The notes under the pieces: model-generated
Databases searched by the model: none
What the model saw: the letters and a program-made list of their open reading frames with translations, nothing else
What the model was told of the DNA's origin: nothing
Program-made: the position numbers and the translations under genes
NCBI GenBank assembly: GCA_028695015.1
Contig: JAQVJR010000002.1
Location: 706 to 64,705 of the forward strand
Reading direction: 5' to 3'
DNA: 64,000 nucleotides
DNA from: Minisyncoccota bacterium
GTDB lineage: Bacteria; Patescibacteriota; Minisyncoccia; UBA6257
Part shown: positions 26,890-39,299 of the stretch, piece after piece
How the letters are laid out: every line of letters starts with the position of its first letter
Numbering within the stretch: the stretch's first letter is position 1

Positions 26890-27480
26890 TTAAATTTCCC
26901 TTAATTCCCCTGTTCTGATATCCTTATTTTTATTTTTTTCTTCTAATAATTCTTCTTGAGTTTTATCTTTTAAATAACCTTCTAGAAGCCATAAAGGATC
27001 TCCATGAGAAACAATTAGAATATTCTTATTTTCATATTTATTTTCTATTTCATTAAGAACAGCAACCATTCTTTCTTGGCATTGATTCCAGCTTTCGCCT
27101 TTAGGCACTCCTATTTTAAACTTTTTCATTTTATCATTATCATAATAAGCCCAAGCTTCTTTTTTATTCTTGCCACCAAAAATTCCCCAATTAATATCTC
27201 TTAATCTTTTATCATAAACAACCTTTTCTAAATCATAGCCTATTATTTTAGCTACAATTTCTACTGTTAATTTAACCCTTAAGATATCAGAGGCAAATAT
27301 ACAATCAATGTTTTTTTCTTTTAATTTCTCACTTACTAATTTAATTTGTTCTATACCTTCTTCTAGTAAATCACAAGGAGGACTATCATCAGGATATTCA
27401 TAAACAATGTCTTTTTTTTCAGCCTGATGAATGGTTTTACCATGCCTTAATAAGAAATATTTGTTTTTCAAAATTCTCAT
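26890..27480 (-). CDS. Histidine phosphatase (phosphoglycerate mutase-like) family protein
   Basis: LRHGKT catalytic RHG motif and a downstream SHG. Confidence 0.65.
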   Translation of the reverse strand: MRILKNKYFLLRHGKTIHQAEKKDIVYEYPDDSPPCDLLEEGIEQIKLVSEKLKEKNIDCIFASDILRVKLTVEIVAKIIGYDLEKVVYDKRLRDINWGIFGGKNKKEAWAYYDNDKMKKFKIGVPKGESWNQCQERMVAVLNEIENKYENKNILIVSHGDPLWLLEGYLKDKTQEELLEEKNKNKDIRTGELREI

Positions 27481-27486
27481 AATATA

Positions 27487-27741
27487 CTAAATTTTAGCTT
27501 TTTCTGATTTTAAAAGTTTTCTCTTTTTAGCTGTTCCATGCCTAAAACCACCAACTTCTCCATTGTTTCTTATCACTCGATGACAAGGAACAGTAGGATC
27601 ATCATTTTTATTTAAAACATTACCTACAGCCCGATAAGCCTTTGGTCTACCAATTAATACAGCTACTTGTTTATAGCTCAAAGTTTTACCTTTAGGAATT
27701 TTCCTAACCACCTGATAAACATTTTCTTTAAAACTTTTCAT
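27487..27741 (-). CDS. MGMT-family mini protein (methylated-DNA-protein-cysteine methyltransferase active-site/DNA-binding domain only)
   Basis: VPCHRVIRNNG active-site motif. 84 aa. Confidence 0.7.
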   Translation of the reverse strand: MKSFKENVYQVVRKIPKGKTLSYKQVAVLIGRPKAYRAVGNVLNKNDDPTVPCHRVIRNNGEVGGFRHGTAKKRKLLKSEKAKI

Positions 27742-27784
27742 ATTTAATTTTGAAGAATTACTCTTTGAAATTAATTTTTTGAAT

Positions 27785-28390
27785 TTATTTAGATTTTTCA
27801 GAAAGCCTTATATATTTAATTAATTTATAACCATCAATTAATTCAATTGGTTTATCTTCTGCGAATCTTTCAGCTTCTAAGGTAAAGTTATTTGTTGTAA
27901 TAAAAAACCCTTTAGCCTGAGCTAAATGATTAGCAATTGCGCCATAGAAATCCCTAATTTCACTAACACTTACTGTTGAAGTAATATATTTCTTACATTG
28001 GATATAATGCTTTAAACCATCTTTTTCTGCTATAACATCTATTCCTCCATCATAACCACTGCCAGTAACAGTAGTTTTATATCCTAATTTTGTAAATAAT
28101 TCAGCAATGTATTTTTCAAATTCCCATGGTTTTAATCCTTTTAACCACTTCAATAGTTCTCTATCGGTATGCCATTGACTTTGTTTATGAACTTTTGATC
28201 TTTTAATAAAGATTGCTACAATAATCAAAATTCCTAAAAAGACGATTCCCCATAATAGCATCTTCCAAAAAAAAGGTTTGTTAACCCATGCAAAAAATAA
28301 TAAAAAAATCACATAGACAATGCTTATCTCTGTTAAAATATCCCCAAGTACTTTTCTCCATTTATTTTTTCTTGACATAATTTTATTCAT
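27785..28390 (-). CDS. Membrane-anchored Mrr-type restriction endonuclease domain protein
   Basis: Two N-terminal TM helices. Mrr_cat-like GYDGGIDVIAEKDGLKHYIQCKKY (D..D/E.K). Confidence 0.6.
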   Translation of the reverse strand: MNKIMSRKNKWRKVLGDILTEISIVYVIFLLFFAWVNKPFFWKMLLWGIVFLGILIIVAIFIKRSKVHKQSQWHTDRELLKWLKGLKPWEFEKYIAELFTKLGYKTTVTGSGYDGGIDVIAEKDGLKHYIQCKKYITSTVSVSEIRDFYGAIANHLAQAKGFFITTNNFTLEAERFAEDKPIELIDGYKLIKYIRLSEKSK

Positions 28391-28479
28391 CTTTTATTTA
28401 TTTCAATTTTAACATATTTTGTACATATATCTAAAAACATAAATTGCCAAAATAACTAATTTAAAGGAAAATTAATCTT

Positions 28480-28514
28480 TTTAACCAAAAACAGAGCCTT
28501 TTAAGGCTCTGTTT
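28480..28514 (-). terminator. Terminator downstream of tRNA-Ser
   Basis: AAACAGAGCC...GGCTCTGTTT hairpin followed by a U-run on the minus strand. Confidence 0.5.
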
Positions 28515-28542
28515 TAAAGTTCTTCATGCTAGCACGATAATG

Positions 28543-28629
28543 CGGAGAGGGTGGGATTCGAACCCACGGTGCCCTTACGGACACAGCTGCTTTCCAAGCA
28601 ACCGCACTAAACCACTATGCGACCTCTCC
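28543..28629 (-). tRNA. tRNA-Ser (anticodon GGA)
   Basis: Minus-strand GGAGAGG acceptor. Anticodon stem GTTGC/GCAGC with loop TTGGAAA. Long variable arm. GTGGG-TTCGAAT-CCCAC T-arm. CCA not encoded. Confidence 0.85.
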
Positions 28630-28672
28630 ATTTCTTATCCTTGTATTTTAAAGGATAAGAAATTTATTCTGT

Positions 28673-29080
28673 TTAAAATTTAATCAAATCTGCTAAAGAA
28701 CCAATCAAAGGAAGCTTCTTAGTTTTTCCTCCAAAAACATTAATAATTCCTATAATAGCTAAAACTGCAAAACCAATATTTATTAATGTAAGAAATGAAC
28801 CAATAATACCTATTATCCCTAAAGCTGCAAAACCCATATGAGCACCTAAGAATATTCCTGTAATTATCCTAAAAATGACAGAAACAGCAACTTCAAATCC
28901 AAATAAAACTAATCCCTGTTTAGCATGAAAATATACAAAAGAATCATCTTTTTTAGTAAAAAGAGGAATTAAGCATAAAATTGAAATATAGCTTAAAATA
29001 CCAAATATTTTATTCTCATCTAATTTAGGAGAACTTTCTTGTTGTTCTGTTGTAGGTTCTTTTTGAATATCTTGTTCCAT
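28673..29080 (-). CDS. DUF4870-family membrane protein
   Basis: FGILSYISILCLIPLF...FHAKQGLVLF pattern and a Gly-rich TM region. Confidence 0.5.
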   Translation of the reverse strand: MEQDIQKEPTTEQQESSPKLDENKIFGILSYISILCLIPLFTKKDDSFVYFHAKQGLVLFGFEVAVSVIFRIITGIFLGAHMGFAALGIIGIIGSFLTLINIGFAVLAIIGIINVFGGKTKKLPLIGSLADLIKF

Positions 29081-29171
29081 ATTTTTTAATTTATTATTTA
29101 AATTACCTTATCGACCTTTAATGTATTGACCTTTAGAATATTTTAACAAATAGCTAAGGTATTTTCAATTT

Positions 29172-30053
29172 TTATACATCCATTTGCCTTAATGCTTTGA
29201 TTCTTTCTTGCACTGGTGGATGAGTCATCCAGAGCTTAGCAATATTTTCTTTTTTTAAAGGATTAGAGATAAAAAGATGATTAGTCGCGCTAGAAGCAAC
29301 TCTTAAAGGCTCTGGGTCTTGAGAAATTTTTTCTAAAGCCCTAGCTAGACCTTCAGGATAACGAGTTAATAATGCTCCAGTAGCATCTGCTAGAAATTCT
29401 CTTTTTCTTGAAACAGCTAATCTCATTAATGTAGCTGCTATTGGAGCTAAAATAGCAGCAATAATACCAATTAAAAACATTATTGCTCCTGCAGAATCCT
29501 TACTATCCCTTCTTCTGCCCCAAAAAATAGATCTCATAGTCCAATCAGATAAAATTGCAATCAATCCAGCTAAGACAACCACAGCTGAGGCTAAAAGAAT
29601 ATCTCGATTTCCAATATGGGCTAATTCATGAGCAATAACTCCCTCTAATTCAGATTTATCTAGCTTATTTAATAAACCCTGGGTAACACAAATTACTCCA
29701 TGTTTAGGATCTCTGCCAGTAGCAAATGCATTAGGGGCTGATTCATTCATAATGTAAATTCGAGGCATGGGTAAGCCAGCAGTAATAGAAAGATTTTCTA
29801 CTATTCTGTATAATTCTGGATTATCTTGTTTAGCTATTAGCTTAGCATTAGTCATTGAAAGAATAACTTTATCAGAATTCCAATAACTAATAAAACTCAT
29901 TAAAAAACTAATAAAAACAGCCACATATAGAATATATGGCGTTTCTAAGATATAGCTGAAAATCCAGCCAAGGAAAATCACTAAAACAAGAAAGACAGTG
30001 ATTAAAAACCACGTTTTCCAAATATTAGAACTAGCCTGAGTATAAAGGGTCAT
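29172..30053 (-). CDS. htpX: Zinc metalloprotease HtpX
   Basis: HELAHIGNRD HExxH motif. TM topology. Followed by lemA. Confidence 0.85.
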   Translation of the reverse strand: MTLYTQASSNIWKTWFLITVFLVLVIFLGWIFSYILETPYILYVAVFISFLMSFISYWNSDKVILSMTNAKLIAKQDNPELYRIVENLSITAGLPMPRIYIMNESAPNAFATGRDPKHGVICVTQGLLNKLDKSELEGVIAHELAHIGNRDILLASAVVVLAGLIAILSDWTMRSIFWGRRRDSKDSAGAIMFLIGIIAAILAPIAATLMRLAVSRKREFLADATGALLTRYPEGLARALEKISQDPEPLRVASSATNHLFISNPLKKENIAKLWMTHPPVQERIKALRQMDV

Positions 30054-30601
30054 TTTTGAAAATCAACCTTGACCGCTTCTCTTTCTACAGGTTCAGTGAT
30101 TTCAAATAATGCTTCTTCTTTAAAACCAAAAATACTTGCAAAGATATTTTTAGGAAAAACTTTAACTGCTGTATTCAAATCACGGACATTAGCATTGTAA
30201 AAACGACGGGCAGCTTGAATTTTATCTTCTGTGTCTACTAATTCTCTTTGTAATTCAATAAAGTTTTGATTAGCTTTAAGCTCTGGATAATTTTCAGCCA
30301 CAGCAAAAAGGGTTTTTAAAGTTTGGCCAAATTGATTCTCAGCTTCTATTTTATCTTTTGCATCAACTGCTCCCATAGCTCTAGTTCTAGCTTCTGTTAC
30401 TTTTTCAAAAACTTCTTTTTCATGAGTCATATATCCTTTAACAGATTCAACCAAATTAGGCACTAAATCATATCTTCTCTTTAATTGAACATCAATATCT
30501 GCCCAAGCTTCTTTTACCCTTATTCTTAATTTTACTAAAGAGTTATAAGTAACAATAGCAAAAGCGACTAAAGCTATTAAAACGATCCAAAAAATAGTCA
30601 T
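30050..30601 (-). CDS. lemA: LemA family protein
   Basis: N-terminal TM plus conserved LemA core. Overlaps the htpX start. Confidence 0.8.
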   Translation of the reverse strand: MTIFWIVLIALVAFAIVTYNSLVKLRIRVKEAWADIDVQLKRRYDLVPNLVESVKGYMTHEKEVFEKVTEARTRAMGAVDAKDKIEAENQFGQTLKTLFAVAENYPELKANQNFIELQRELVDTEDKIQAARRFYNANVRDLNTAVKVFPKNIFASIFGFKEEALFEITEPVEREAVKVDFQK

Positions 30602-30624
30602 GTTTTTTATTTGTTAATTGTTTT

Positions 30625-32280
<1,656 letters not shown>

Positions 32281-32310
32281 TTATTTTTATTTTTTATTTA
32301 TATAAAGATT

Positions 32311-32601
32311 TTATTCTTCAATAATTGCTAAAACATCATCTTCCTTAATAACCAAATATTCTTTTTCTTCTATTTTAATTTCATTAGGAGCATATTGGGT
32401 AAATAAAACCTTATCCCCCACTTTTATATTCAAAGGAATCAATTTTCCTTCATTGTTAATTTTTCCTGGGCCAATAGCAATCACTTTACCAACACCAGGT
32501 TTTTCTTCAGCTGATTCAGGAATAAAAATACCACCTTTAGTAGTTTTCTCTTCTTTAACAGCTTCTACGAAAATATTGTTAAATAATGGTTTAATATTCA
32601 T
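32311..32601 (-). CDS. groS: Co-chaperonin GroES
   Basis: 96 aa. Mobile loop and conserved core. Confidence 0.9.
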   Translation of the reverse strand: MNIKPLFNNIFVEAVKEEKTTKGGIFIPESAEEKPGVGKVIAIGPGKINNEGKLIPLNIKVGDKVLFTQYAPNEIKIEEKEYLVIKEDDVLAIIEE

Positions 32602-32688
32602 TGTTGTTTTACTAAATTTATTTTAAGAGAAAGATATTGCTAAAAAATCAATAAAAGCTTTTTAAAGCTTTAAGCAATATTTTTCTAT

Positions 32689-32715
32689 TTAGCAATCTTC
32701 GACTTTAATTGCTAA
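32689..32715. promoter_or_regulatory. Degenerate CIRCE-like inverted repeat upstream of groES
   Basis: TTAGCAATC-N9-AATTGCTAA versus consensus TTAGCACTC-N9-GAGTGCTAA. hrcA is present in the window. Confidence 0.5.
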
Positions 32716-32734
32716 TTACTATTTTACTTAAAAA

Positions 32735-33820
32735 TTACTCGCTGTCAATATCTACTTCTTCTGGTTCTGCCTTAGGCTTATTTAATTCTAGAATTTCAGG
32801 CTCTATTTTCTTTCCTGATATCCGATAAACATCCTTATCTATCTTGCCAAATTCTTTGTAAGCAGAATTATACATATTAACTGTAGTACCTAAATGATTA
32901 CCTAATTTCTGCATATAAGTTTCATAACTTGTCAAATGCCTTGTTAATTGTTCCACTCTTTTTTTAATCTCTTTGGCTGATTCTTCTATTTCCAAAGCTC
33001 TTAATCCCTGAAGCACTGTTTGTAAATAAGCTAAGAATGAAGTTGGGGAAACAATAATTACTTTTTTCTGACCCATAGCATATTCTATTAAATCCCGAGT
33101 GTTGGCTTTAACTGCTCCAATTTTATTAATTAATAAATCATAATAAATTGCCTCTGAAGGAATAAACATAAAAGCAAATTCCATAGTCCCCTCTTCTGGC
33201 TTAATATATTTAGCTGTTTCATCTATCCTTGCTTTCAGATCTGATTTAAAACTATCTTCTAATTTCTTCTTCTCAGCATCATCATTAGTTTCTAAAAGAC
33301 GATTGTAATTTTCTAAACTAAACTTAGAATCAATAGGAATAATTTTATCTTTTATAAAAATCACAGCATCAACAATTATGCCTTCCTTAAATCCATATTG
33401 CATTTGATAAGTCCCAGGTGGCAAAACATTTTTTAAAACTGTTTCTAAATAATATTCTCCTAAGACTCCTCTTTGTTTGGGATTTTTTAAAATATCTTGA
33501 AGGCTTTTAAGTTGATCAGCAAAATTAACTACCTGCTTATTAGTTTCATCTAGTTTAGTTAATTTTTCTGTTACCTCTCTGATAATCTTAGCGCTTTGTC
33601 CAAATTGATCTTGAATCACATTAGGAATCTCTCCTAATTTTTGATCAAGGGTTCGATTTATCTCTTGGATTTGATTTTGCAACAATAAAAGAGATTGTTC
33701 ATCTTCTTTTTTAGGTTTTACTTTTTTTATTAAGAAGAAATATAAAATTCCAGCTATCACTAAACCAATAGCTAGTCCTAAAACAACACTATTAAATATA
33801 AAATTCATAAGGGTCATCAT
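32735..33820 (-). CDS. rmuC: DNA recombination protein RmuC
   Basis: N-terminal TM, long coiled coil and C-terminal RmuC nuclease-like region. Confidence 0.7.
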   Translation of the reverse strand: MMTLMNFIFNSVVLGLAIGLVIAGILYFFLIKKVKPKKEDEQSLLLLQNQIQEINRTLDQKLGEIPNVIQDQFGQSAKIIREVTEKLTKLDETNKQVVNFADQLKSLQDILKNPKQRGVLGEYYLETVLKNVLPPGTYQMQYGFKEGIIVDAVIFIKDKIIPIDSKFSLENYNRLLETNDDAEKKKLEDSFKSDLKARIDETAKYIKPEEGTMEFAFMFIPSEAIYYDLLINKIGAVKANTRDLIEYAMGQKKVIIVSPTSFLAYLQTVLQGLRALEIEESAKEIKKRVEQLTRHLTSYETYMQKLGNHLGTTVNMYNSAYKEFGKIDKDVYRISGKKIEPEILELNKPKAEPEEVDIDSE

Positions 33821-33828
33821 CTGTTTTA

Positions 33829-34590
33829 TTATATAGAAACTTTCTCTTCAATTGAAGGAATTGTTGTTTGTATTTCTTTAGATTTCTTAAGATCGAGATA
33901 TATTAGATACATATAAATCATAGAGAAAAATGAACCAAATGCTTGCACTAAAAGAATAATAAAAGAACCAAGAAGATCAAAAAAAGGACCAGAATAATTT
34001 TCACCAAATGCATTTATTCCTATAGCTATTATGATTGTTAATATGATTAACATTAACATTCTACCAAAAACTTGCCACCAATTGCCTTTAACTAAATTCC
34101 AGCTTCTCTTTATAGCTTCCATACCTTTCTTTTTTTCATCTGCGCAAACATATAAAGAAAAAGATAGATAAATAGATAAAATTAATCCAGGAATTATTAA
34201 AAAAACAAAACCTAAAGATACAAAAATAAATACCAATACACCTATTATCAAATAATTCCAATAATTCTTCCAGGTCTCTTTAAGCACTTCTTTTAAAGAA
34301 ACCCCAACAGGCTTCATAACTAATACTAAAGAAGCTGCAAATAAATAGAAAAAACAAAACATAAATAGAAAAGGAGAAAGGAGAAAGAAATAAGTAAGAA
34401 TTTTCTGAATTATTATCACAAGAGAACTAGTTTGTCCCTTAAGCATTAAAGCACTAAATATAGAGCCAAAAATCACTAACATAAGTATGACTCCTAAAAT
34501 AATTTCCAAAAAAACAAGCAGTAATATAGGTTTTAATTTTAACTTATAAATATGGAAAGTTTCTTTAATTAAACTTGTAAAATTTTTCAT
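33829..34590 (-). CDS. Polytopic membrane protein, unknown
   Basis: Six or more hydrophobic segments. No known motif. Confidence 0.4.
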   Translation of the reverse strand: MKNFTSLIKETFHIYKLKLKPILLLVFLEIILGVILMLVIFGSIFSALMLKGQTSSLVIIIQKILTYFFLLSPFLFMFCFFYLFAASLVLVMKPVGVSLKEVLKETWKNYWNYLIIGVLVFIFVSLGFVFLIIPGLILSIYLSFSLYVCADEKKKGMEAIKRSWNLVKGNWWQVFGRMLMLIILTIIIAIGINAFGENYSGPFFDLLGSFIILLVQAFGSFFSMIYMYLIYLDLKKSKEIQTTIPSIEEKVSI

Positions 34591-34610
34591 AATATTTTTT
34601 TATTATTATT

Positions 34611-35768
34611 TTACTTTAACTCCTCCTCCAAATCTTCTAAAAGTTTTTTAACTTTAGCAGAAACTTTTTTAGGAGTTTTTATTCTTACTTTTACATAAAG
34701 GTCGCCTTGACCAGGGGCATTAAAATGCTTAATTCCTTTATTCCTTAAACGAAAGATCTCTCCTGATTCTGTGCCTGCTGGTATTTTCAATAAAACATCT
34801 TTTTTATCAAGTAATTGTATTTCTTTTTTACTACCTAAAGTTGCTTCGGTAAAAGATATTCCTAAAGATGTGTATAAATCATCTCCTTGTCTTTCAAATC
34901 TTTCATGAGGTTTAATAATTATTCTGATATATAAATCACCACTCAATCCTCCTAAGAAACCAGCCTCTCCTTCATGTCTAATTCTAATTGTTTCTCCATC
35001 TCTAATGCCTGCAGGAATATCAACCTTGATTTGCTTATTCCCATAATAACGACCATCACCACCACACTTCTTGCAAGGTTTTTCTGGAATCTTGCCTTTA
35101 CCTTTGCATTTTGGACATTCTATTATTTGAGTAATTTCTCCTAAAAATGTCCGGCGTGATTGTCTAATAGTTCCTGTACTTTTACAATTAGCGCATTCTT
35201 TTAACTTAGAGCCAGGCTCATAACCTTTTCCTTGACAATGCTCACAAGAAAGATATGTTCTAAAAGAAACATCTTTTTTAATACCAAAGGCAGCTTCTTC
35301 TAAATTAATCTCTAAACTAACTTCTATATTATTGCCTTTTTTATTAGCACTTGTTTTTTGACTCTTAGTTCTTCTAGAATCCATCCCCGCTGCTCCTCTG
35401 AAAAGATCAGCTAAGATATCATTTAAATCAATACCTCCAGCTGAAAAACCAAAAGGAGATTGAAAATCACCTCCTTGCCAATTAAAACCTGACCAATCAA
35501 ATCCACCAGCAAAACCTTCTCTAAAATCAGCACCTGGGCCTTCAAAAACCCTACCAAATTGATCATATTGAGCCCTTTTCTCTTTATTTGATAAAACTTG
35601 ATAAGCTTCATTAATTTCTTTGAATTTTTCTGCATCACCTCCTTTATCAGGATGATGTTTATGCGCTAATTTATAAAAAGCTTTTTTTATTTCTTCAGGT
35701 GTGGCATTACGACCAATACCTAAGATTTCATAATAGTCTTTCATATCAATTTCTTTATTTAAAAGCAA
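34611..35768 (-). CDS. dnaJ: Chaperone DnaJ
   Basis: J domain with HPD. Gly/Phe region. Four CxxCxGxG zinc-finger repeats. Confidence 0.9.
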   Translation of the reverse strand: MLLNKEIDMKDYYEILGIGRNATPEEIKKAFYKLAHKHHPDKGGDAEKFKEINEAYQVLSNKEKRAQYDQFGRVFEGPGADFREGFAGGFDWSGFNWQGGDFQSPFGFSAGGIDLNDILADLFRGAAGMDSRRTKSQKTSANKKGNNIEVSLEINLEEAAFGIKKDVSFRTYLSCEHCQGKGYEPGSKLKECANCKSTGTIRQSRRTFLGEITQIIECPKCKGKGKIPEKPCKKCGGDGRYYGNKQIKVDIPAGIRDGETIRIRHEGEAGFLGGLSGDLYIRIIIKPHERFERQGDDLYTSLGISFTEATLGSKKEIQLLDKKDVLLKIPAGTESGEIFRLRNKGIKHFNAPGQGDLYVKVRIKTPKKVSAKVKKLLEDLEEELK

Positions 35769-36783
35769 TATTCAATTCTTGTTTTTCAACACCTATCTTT
35801 TTAATAGTCAAATACTTTATTGATAAAAGAATTTGAAGAAAAACCCAACTAAAGAAAACAAGAATAGGATAAAACACCAAATTTACAACCTTTAGAATAC
35901 TCATTAGAGAAATGAAGATTATAATCACTAAGATAAATTTCATGGGTAAAGAAATATTAAGCCAATAATTTTTTACCCAGCTTACTATTAATGAAGATAA
36001 TTTTTCTTCACCAGTTAAGGGTATATCTAGCAAATCAGAAAGATTAGCTTTCATTTCTTCCAACAAAGTCTCTTTATCCATATTACCAATCTCAATATCC
36101 TCTAAATTAATCTCTTCTGCCCCAAGGGTACTTAAATCTAATTCCCCTAAATTAATTGCCTCTTTTTCTAAATAGTTTTTTAAAATACTATCTATAGTTC
36201 CAGTTGATTCAACATTAACAATATTTTGGGCGCTTTCAATTTGAAGAATAATCGTTTCTATTAGCTTTTCTGAGCTTTCTTCTAAAAGATCTAATTTATT
36301 CTGAGAATAAACCAAACTAACAAGAACAAGCACCAAGGCCAAAAGCAAGAAGAATGAACCTCTGAAAACAATGCGTCTCAGATTAAGCTCTAATAAATTA
36401 TTACTTTCATTTTTCATATATGCCCTAGCAATCAATAATAATAGGTACACCAAGCCAATAATGACAAAGAAATAAACATTCCATTGGCCTTTAAACAAAA
36501 AAAACAAGAAAGGCGCCAAACTAATGCCTAAATTCCAGAGTAAAAAATTAAGTAAATCAAATACCAAAAAAAATATGGGCAATAAGAAAACTCCAATTGA
36601 CCATAATAAGATAGCCATTGTTAAATTAAGACTAGAAAAACTATTTAAACAATTAAGGATATAAATAGAGCCTAGCCCAAAACAAACAATAATAACAATG
36701 GCTAAAATAAATTTTTTAATCAGTAAAACTCTATCGCTATGAGCTAACTTATAAGCTTTATAGAGGTTTGATTCTTGAGACAT
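35755..36783 (-). CDS. Polytopic membrane protein, unknown, embedded between dnaK and dnaJ
   Basis: Multiple TM helices with an acidic central loop. 14-nt overlap with dnaJ. Confidence 0.4.
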   Translation of the reverse strand: MSQESNLYKAYKLAHSDRVLLIKKFILAIVIIVCFGLGSIYILNCLNSFSSLNLTMAILLWSIGVFLLPIFFLVFDLLNFLLWNLGISLAPFLFFLFKGQWNVYFFVIIGLVYLLLLIARAYMKNESNNLLELNLRRIVFRGSFFLLLALVLVLVSLVYSQNKLDLLEESSEKLIETIILQIESAQNIVNVESTGTIDSILKNYLEKEAINLGELDLSTLGAEEINLEDIEIGNMDKETLLEEMKANLSDLLDIPLTGEEKLSSLIVSWVKNYWLNISLPMKFILVIIIFISLMSILKVVNLVFYPILVFFSWVFLQILLSIKYLTIKKIGVEKQELNIAFK

Positions 36784-36823
36784 TAATAAAATTATATCAC
36801 AGGATTAATAACAAGCAAACAGA

Positions 36824-38725
36824 TTATTCTTTTTCTTCAAAATCAGCATCTTTGGGCTTGTCTTCTGGTTCTTGTTTTTCTTGTCCTTCTTGTTCATTTG
36901 GTTTTTGTTCTGAAGATTCTTGTTGTTCTTTATAAAGATATTCTCCCATTTCTGATAAAACTTGAGAAAATTCTGTTGTTTTATTTTTTATCTCTTCTAA
37001 ATCATCTTTTGCTAAAACTTCTTTCAGCTCTTTCATTTTCTCTTCCACTTTGGTTTTCTTATCTTCTGGAATTTTATCACCTGCTTCTCTTAAGCTTTTC
37101 TCAGCACTATATAGTAAAGTTTCTGCATTATTTCTTACTTCTATTAATTCTTTCTTCTTCTCATCTTCTTCTTTATGAGCTTCAGCTTCTTGTTTTAATT
37201 TTTCTACCTCTTCTTTTGATAAACCAGAAGAGCCTTCAATCCTAATTGATTGTTCTTTATTTGTAGCTTTGTCTTTAGCTTTTACATTTAAAATTCCATT
37301 AGCATCCAAATCAAAATTAACTTCAACCTGAGGAATGCCTCGAGGGGCAGAAGGAATTCCATCTAAGATAAAACGACCTAAGGATTTATTATCTGCTGCC
37401 ATTGGTCTTTCACCTTGAAGAATATGAATTTCAACAGATGTTTGGTTATCAGTAGCTGTAGAAAACACCTGGCTCTTACTTACAGGAATAGTAGTATTTT
37501 TAGGAATTAATACCGTATCTACTCCACCTAAGGTTTCTATACCTAAAGAAAGAGGGGTAACATCTAAAAGCAAAACATCTTTCATTTCTCCACCTAAGAT
37601 TCCTGCCTGAACAGCAGCCCCTATGGCCACTACTTCATCAGGATTAATTTCTTTATTAGGTTTTTTGTCAAATAGTTTTTTTACCTCTTCTTGAATCTTA
37701 GGCATTCTTGTTTGACCCCCAACTAAAACCACTTCTTCTATCTCAGAAATCTGTAAACCACATTCTTCAATTGTTTGTTTGGTTATTTCTATTGATTTCT
37801 TAATGTATTCTTCAACTAATTCCTCTAACATCGAACGACTTAAAGAATAAGAAAGATGTTTTGGCCCAGCACTATCAGAAGTAATAAAGGGAAGGTTTAT
37901 CTCTACCTGATTAGTAAAAGAAAGTTCTTTTTTAGCTTTTTCTGAAGCTTCTTTTATTCTTTGTAAAGCTAAAGGATCTTTACTTAAATCAATGCCTTCA
38001 TCTTTTTTAAAATTCTGAATGACCCAATCCATTATCTTTTGATCAAAATCATCTCCACCTAAATGAGTATCACCCCCTGTTCCTTTAACTTCAATTGTAT
38101 CTGGTGTAACAGCGAGAACAGAAATATCAAAAGTACCACCACCAAAATCAAAAACCACTATCTCTTGGTCTTTTTTCTTTTCTAGGCCATAGGCTAAAGC
38201 TGCTGCTGTAGGTTCGTTAATTACTCTTTTAACATTAAAGCCTGCTATTTCCCCTGCCTCTTTAGTAGCTTTTCTTTGATTATCATCAAAATAAGCTGGG
38301 CAAGTAATGACCACATCAGTTATCTTTTCACCTAATTTAGCCTCAGCATCTGTTTTTAATTTTTGCAAAACCATTGCAGAAATTTCTTGAAGCTTATACC
38401 ACTGATCCCCCATTTTAATTTCCACCCCCCCATTATCATCTTCTCTAATCTCATAAGATAAAAGGTTTTTATCTCCTTGAATTATAGGGTCAGAAAACTT
38501 TCTACCAATTAATCTTTTAACTGAATAGATTGTATTTTTAGGATTGGTAATTGCTTGACGCCGAGCCATAGCTCCAACTAATCTTTCACCGCTTTTAGAA
38601 AAAGCAACTATAGAAGCTGTTGTTCTTTCACCTTCTGAGTTTTCTAAAATTTTAGGTTGACCTCCTTCTATGGTGGCCATTGCTGAAAAAGTTGTTCCTA
38701 AGTCTATTCCTAATATTTTTGCCAT
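36824..38725 (-). CDS. dnaK: Chaperone DnaK (Hsp70)
   Basis: Full-length Hsp70 signatures ([16 protein letters not shown]). Confidence 0.95.
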   Translation of the reverse strand: MAKILGIDLGTTFSAMATIEGGQPKILENSEGERTTASIVAFSKSGERLVGAMARRQAITNPKNTIYSVKRLIGRKFSDPIIQGDKNLLSYEIREDDNGGVEIKMGDQWYKLQEISAMVLQKLKTDAEAKLGEKITDVVITCPAYFDDNQRKATKEAGEIAGFNVKRVINEPTAAALAYGLEKKKDQEIVVFDFGGGTFDISVLAVTPDTIEVKGTGGDTHLGGDDFDQKIMDWVIQNFKKDEGIDLSKDPLALQRIKEASEKAKKELSFTNQVEINLPFITSDSAGPKHLSYSLSRSMLEELVEEYIKKSIEITKQTIEECGLQISEIEEVVLVGGQTRMPKIQEEVKKLFDKKPNKEINPDEVVAIGAAVQAGILGGEMKDVLLLDVTPLSLGIETLGGVDTVLIPKNTTIPVSKSQVFSTATDNQTSVEIHILQGERPMAADNKSLGRFILDGIPSAPRGIPQVEVNFDLDANGILNVKAKDKATNKEQSIRIEGSSGLSKEEVEKLKQEAEAHKEEDEKKKELIEVRNNAETLLYSAEKSLREAGDKIPEDKKTKVEEKMKELKEVLAKDDLEEIKNKTTEFSQVLSEMGEYLYKEQQESSEQKPNEQEGQEKQEPEDKPKDADFEEKE

Positions 38726-38753
38726 AATTGTTTAAATTAAATTTGTTAAATTA

Positions 38754-39299
38754 TTATTTTTTAATATCCTTGGCGACCAATACTCTGCAAGGACGAATTA
38801 ATTTTCCATTAAGAAGATATCCCTTTTCTAACATTTCAACAATTGCCTGAGGCTCAAAACCTTCTTTTTCCATTTCCATTATTGCCTCATGATAAGTTGG
38901 ATCGAAAACATCTTTTGGATTAGCAATGATTATCTCTACTCCTTCTTTTTGTAAAATATCTTCTAATTGACTCTGAATCAAAGTAATTCCTTTTATATAA
39001 TTTTCATTTTGTTCTTCTTGTATTTGTTTAGTAAAGCTTTGTAAGGCTAAGTTAAAACTATCTAGAATGGTAATTAAGGATTTAATCAATCTTTCATTTG
39101 AAAAATTCTTTACCTTTTTAAATCTTTCTTCTTCCCCCTTTTTATAATTACTAAAATCTGCTCTTTCTCTTTGCCATCCTTCTAAATATTCTTTTCTTTC
39201 GATTTTTAGTTTTTCTATTTCTTGAACAAACCTATCATCTTTTTTCTTAGAATCAGTTTTTTTAAAATGATCCTTGTGTCTTTTTTTAGACATATACAT
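38754..39299 (-). CDS. grpE: Nucleotide exchange factor GrpE
   Basis: GrpE C-terminal core. Position between hrcA and dnaK. Confidence 0.85.
   Translation of the reverse strand: MYMSKKRHKDHFKKTDSKKKDDRFVQEIEKLKIERKEYLEGWQRERADFSNYKKGEEERFKKVKNFSNERLIKSLITILDSFNLALQSFTKQIQEEQNENYIKGITLIQSQLEDILQKEGVEIIIANPKDVFDPTYHEAIMEMEKEGFEPQAIVEMLEKGYLLNGKLIRPCRVLVAKDIKK

Noticed and set aside
28632-28661. 9-bp-stem hairpin (TTCTTATCC...GGATAAGAA) between the DUF4870 gene and tRNA-Ser
   Set aside because: No U-tract on either strand, and it abuts the tRNA 5' end. Could be a processing or weak termination structure, with no support beyond the palindrome.
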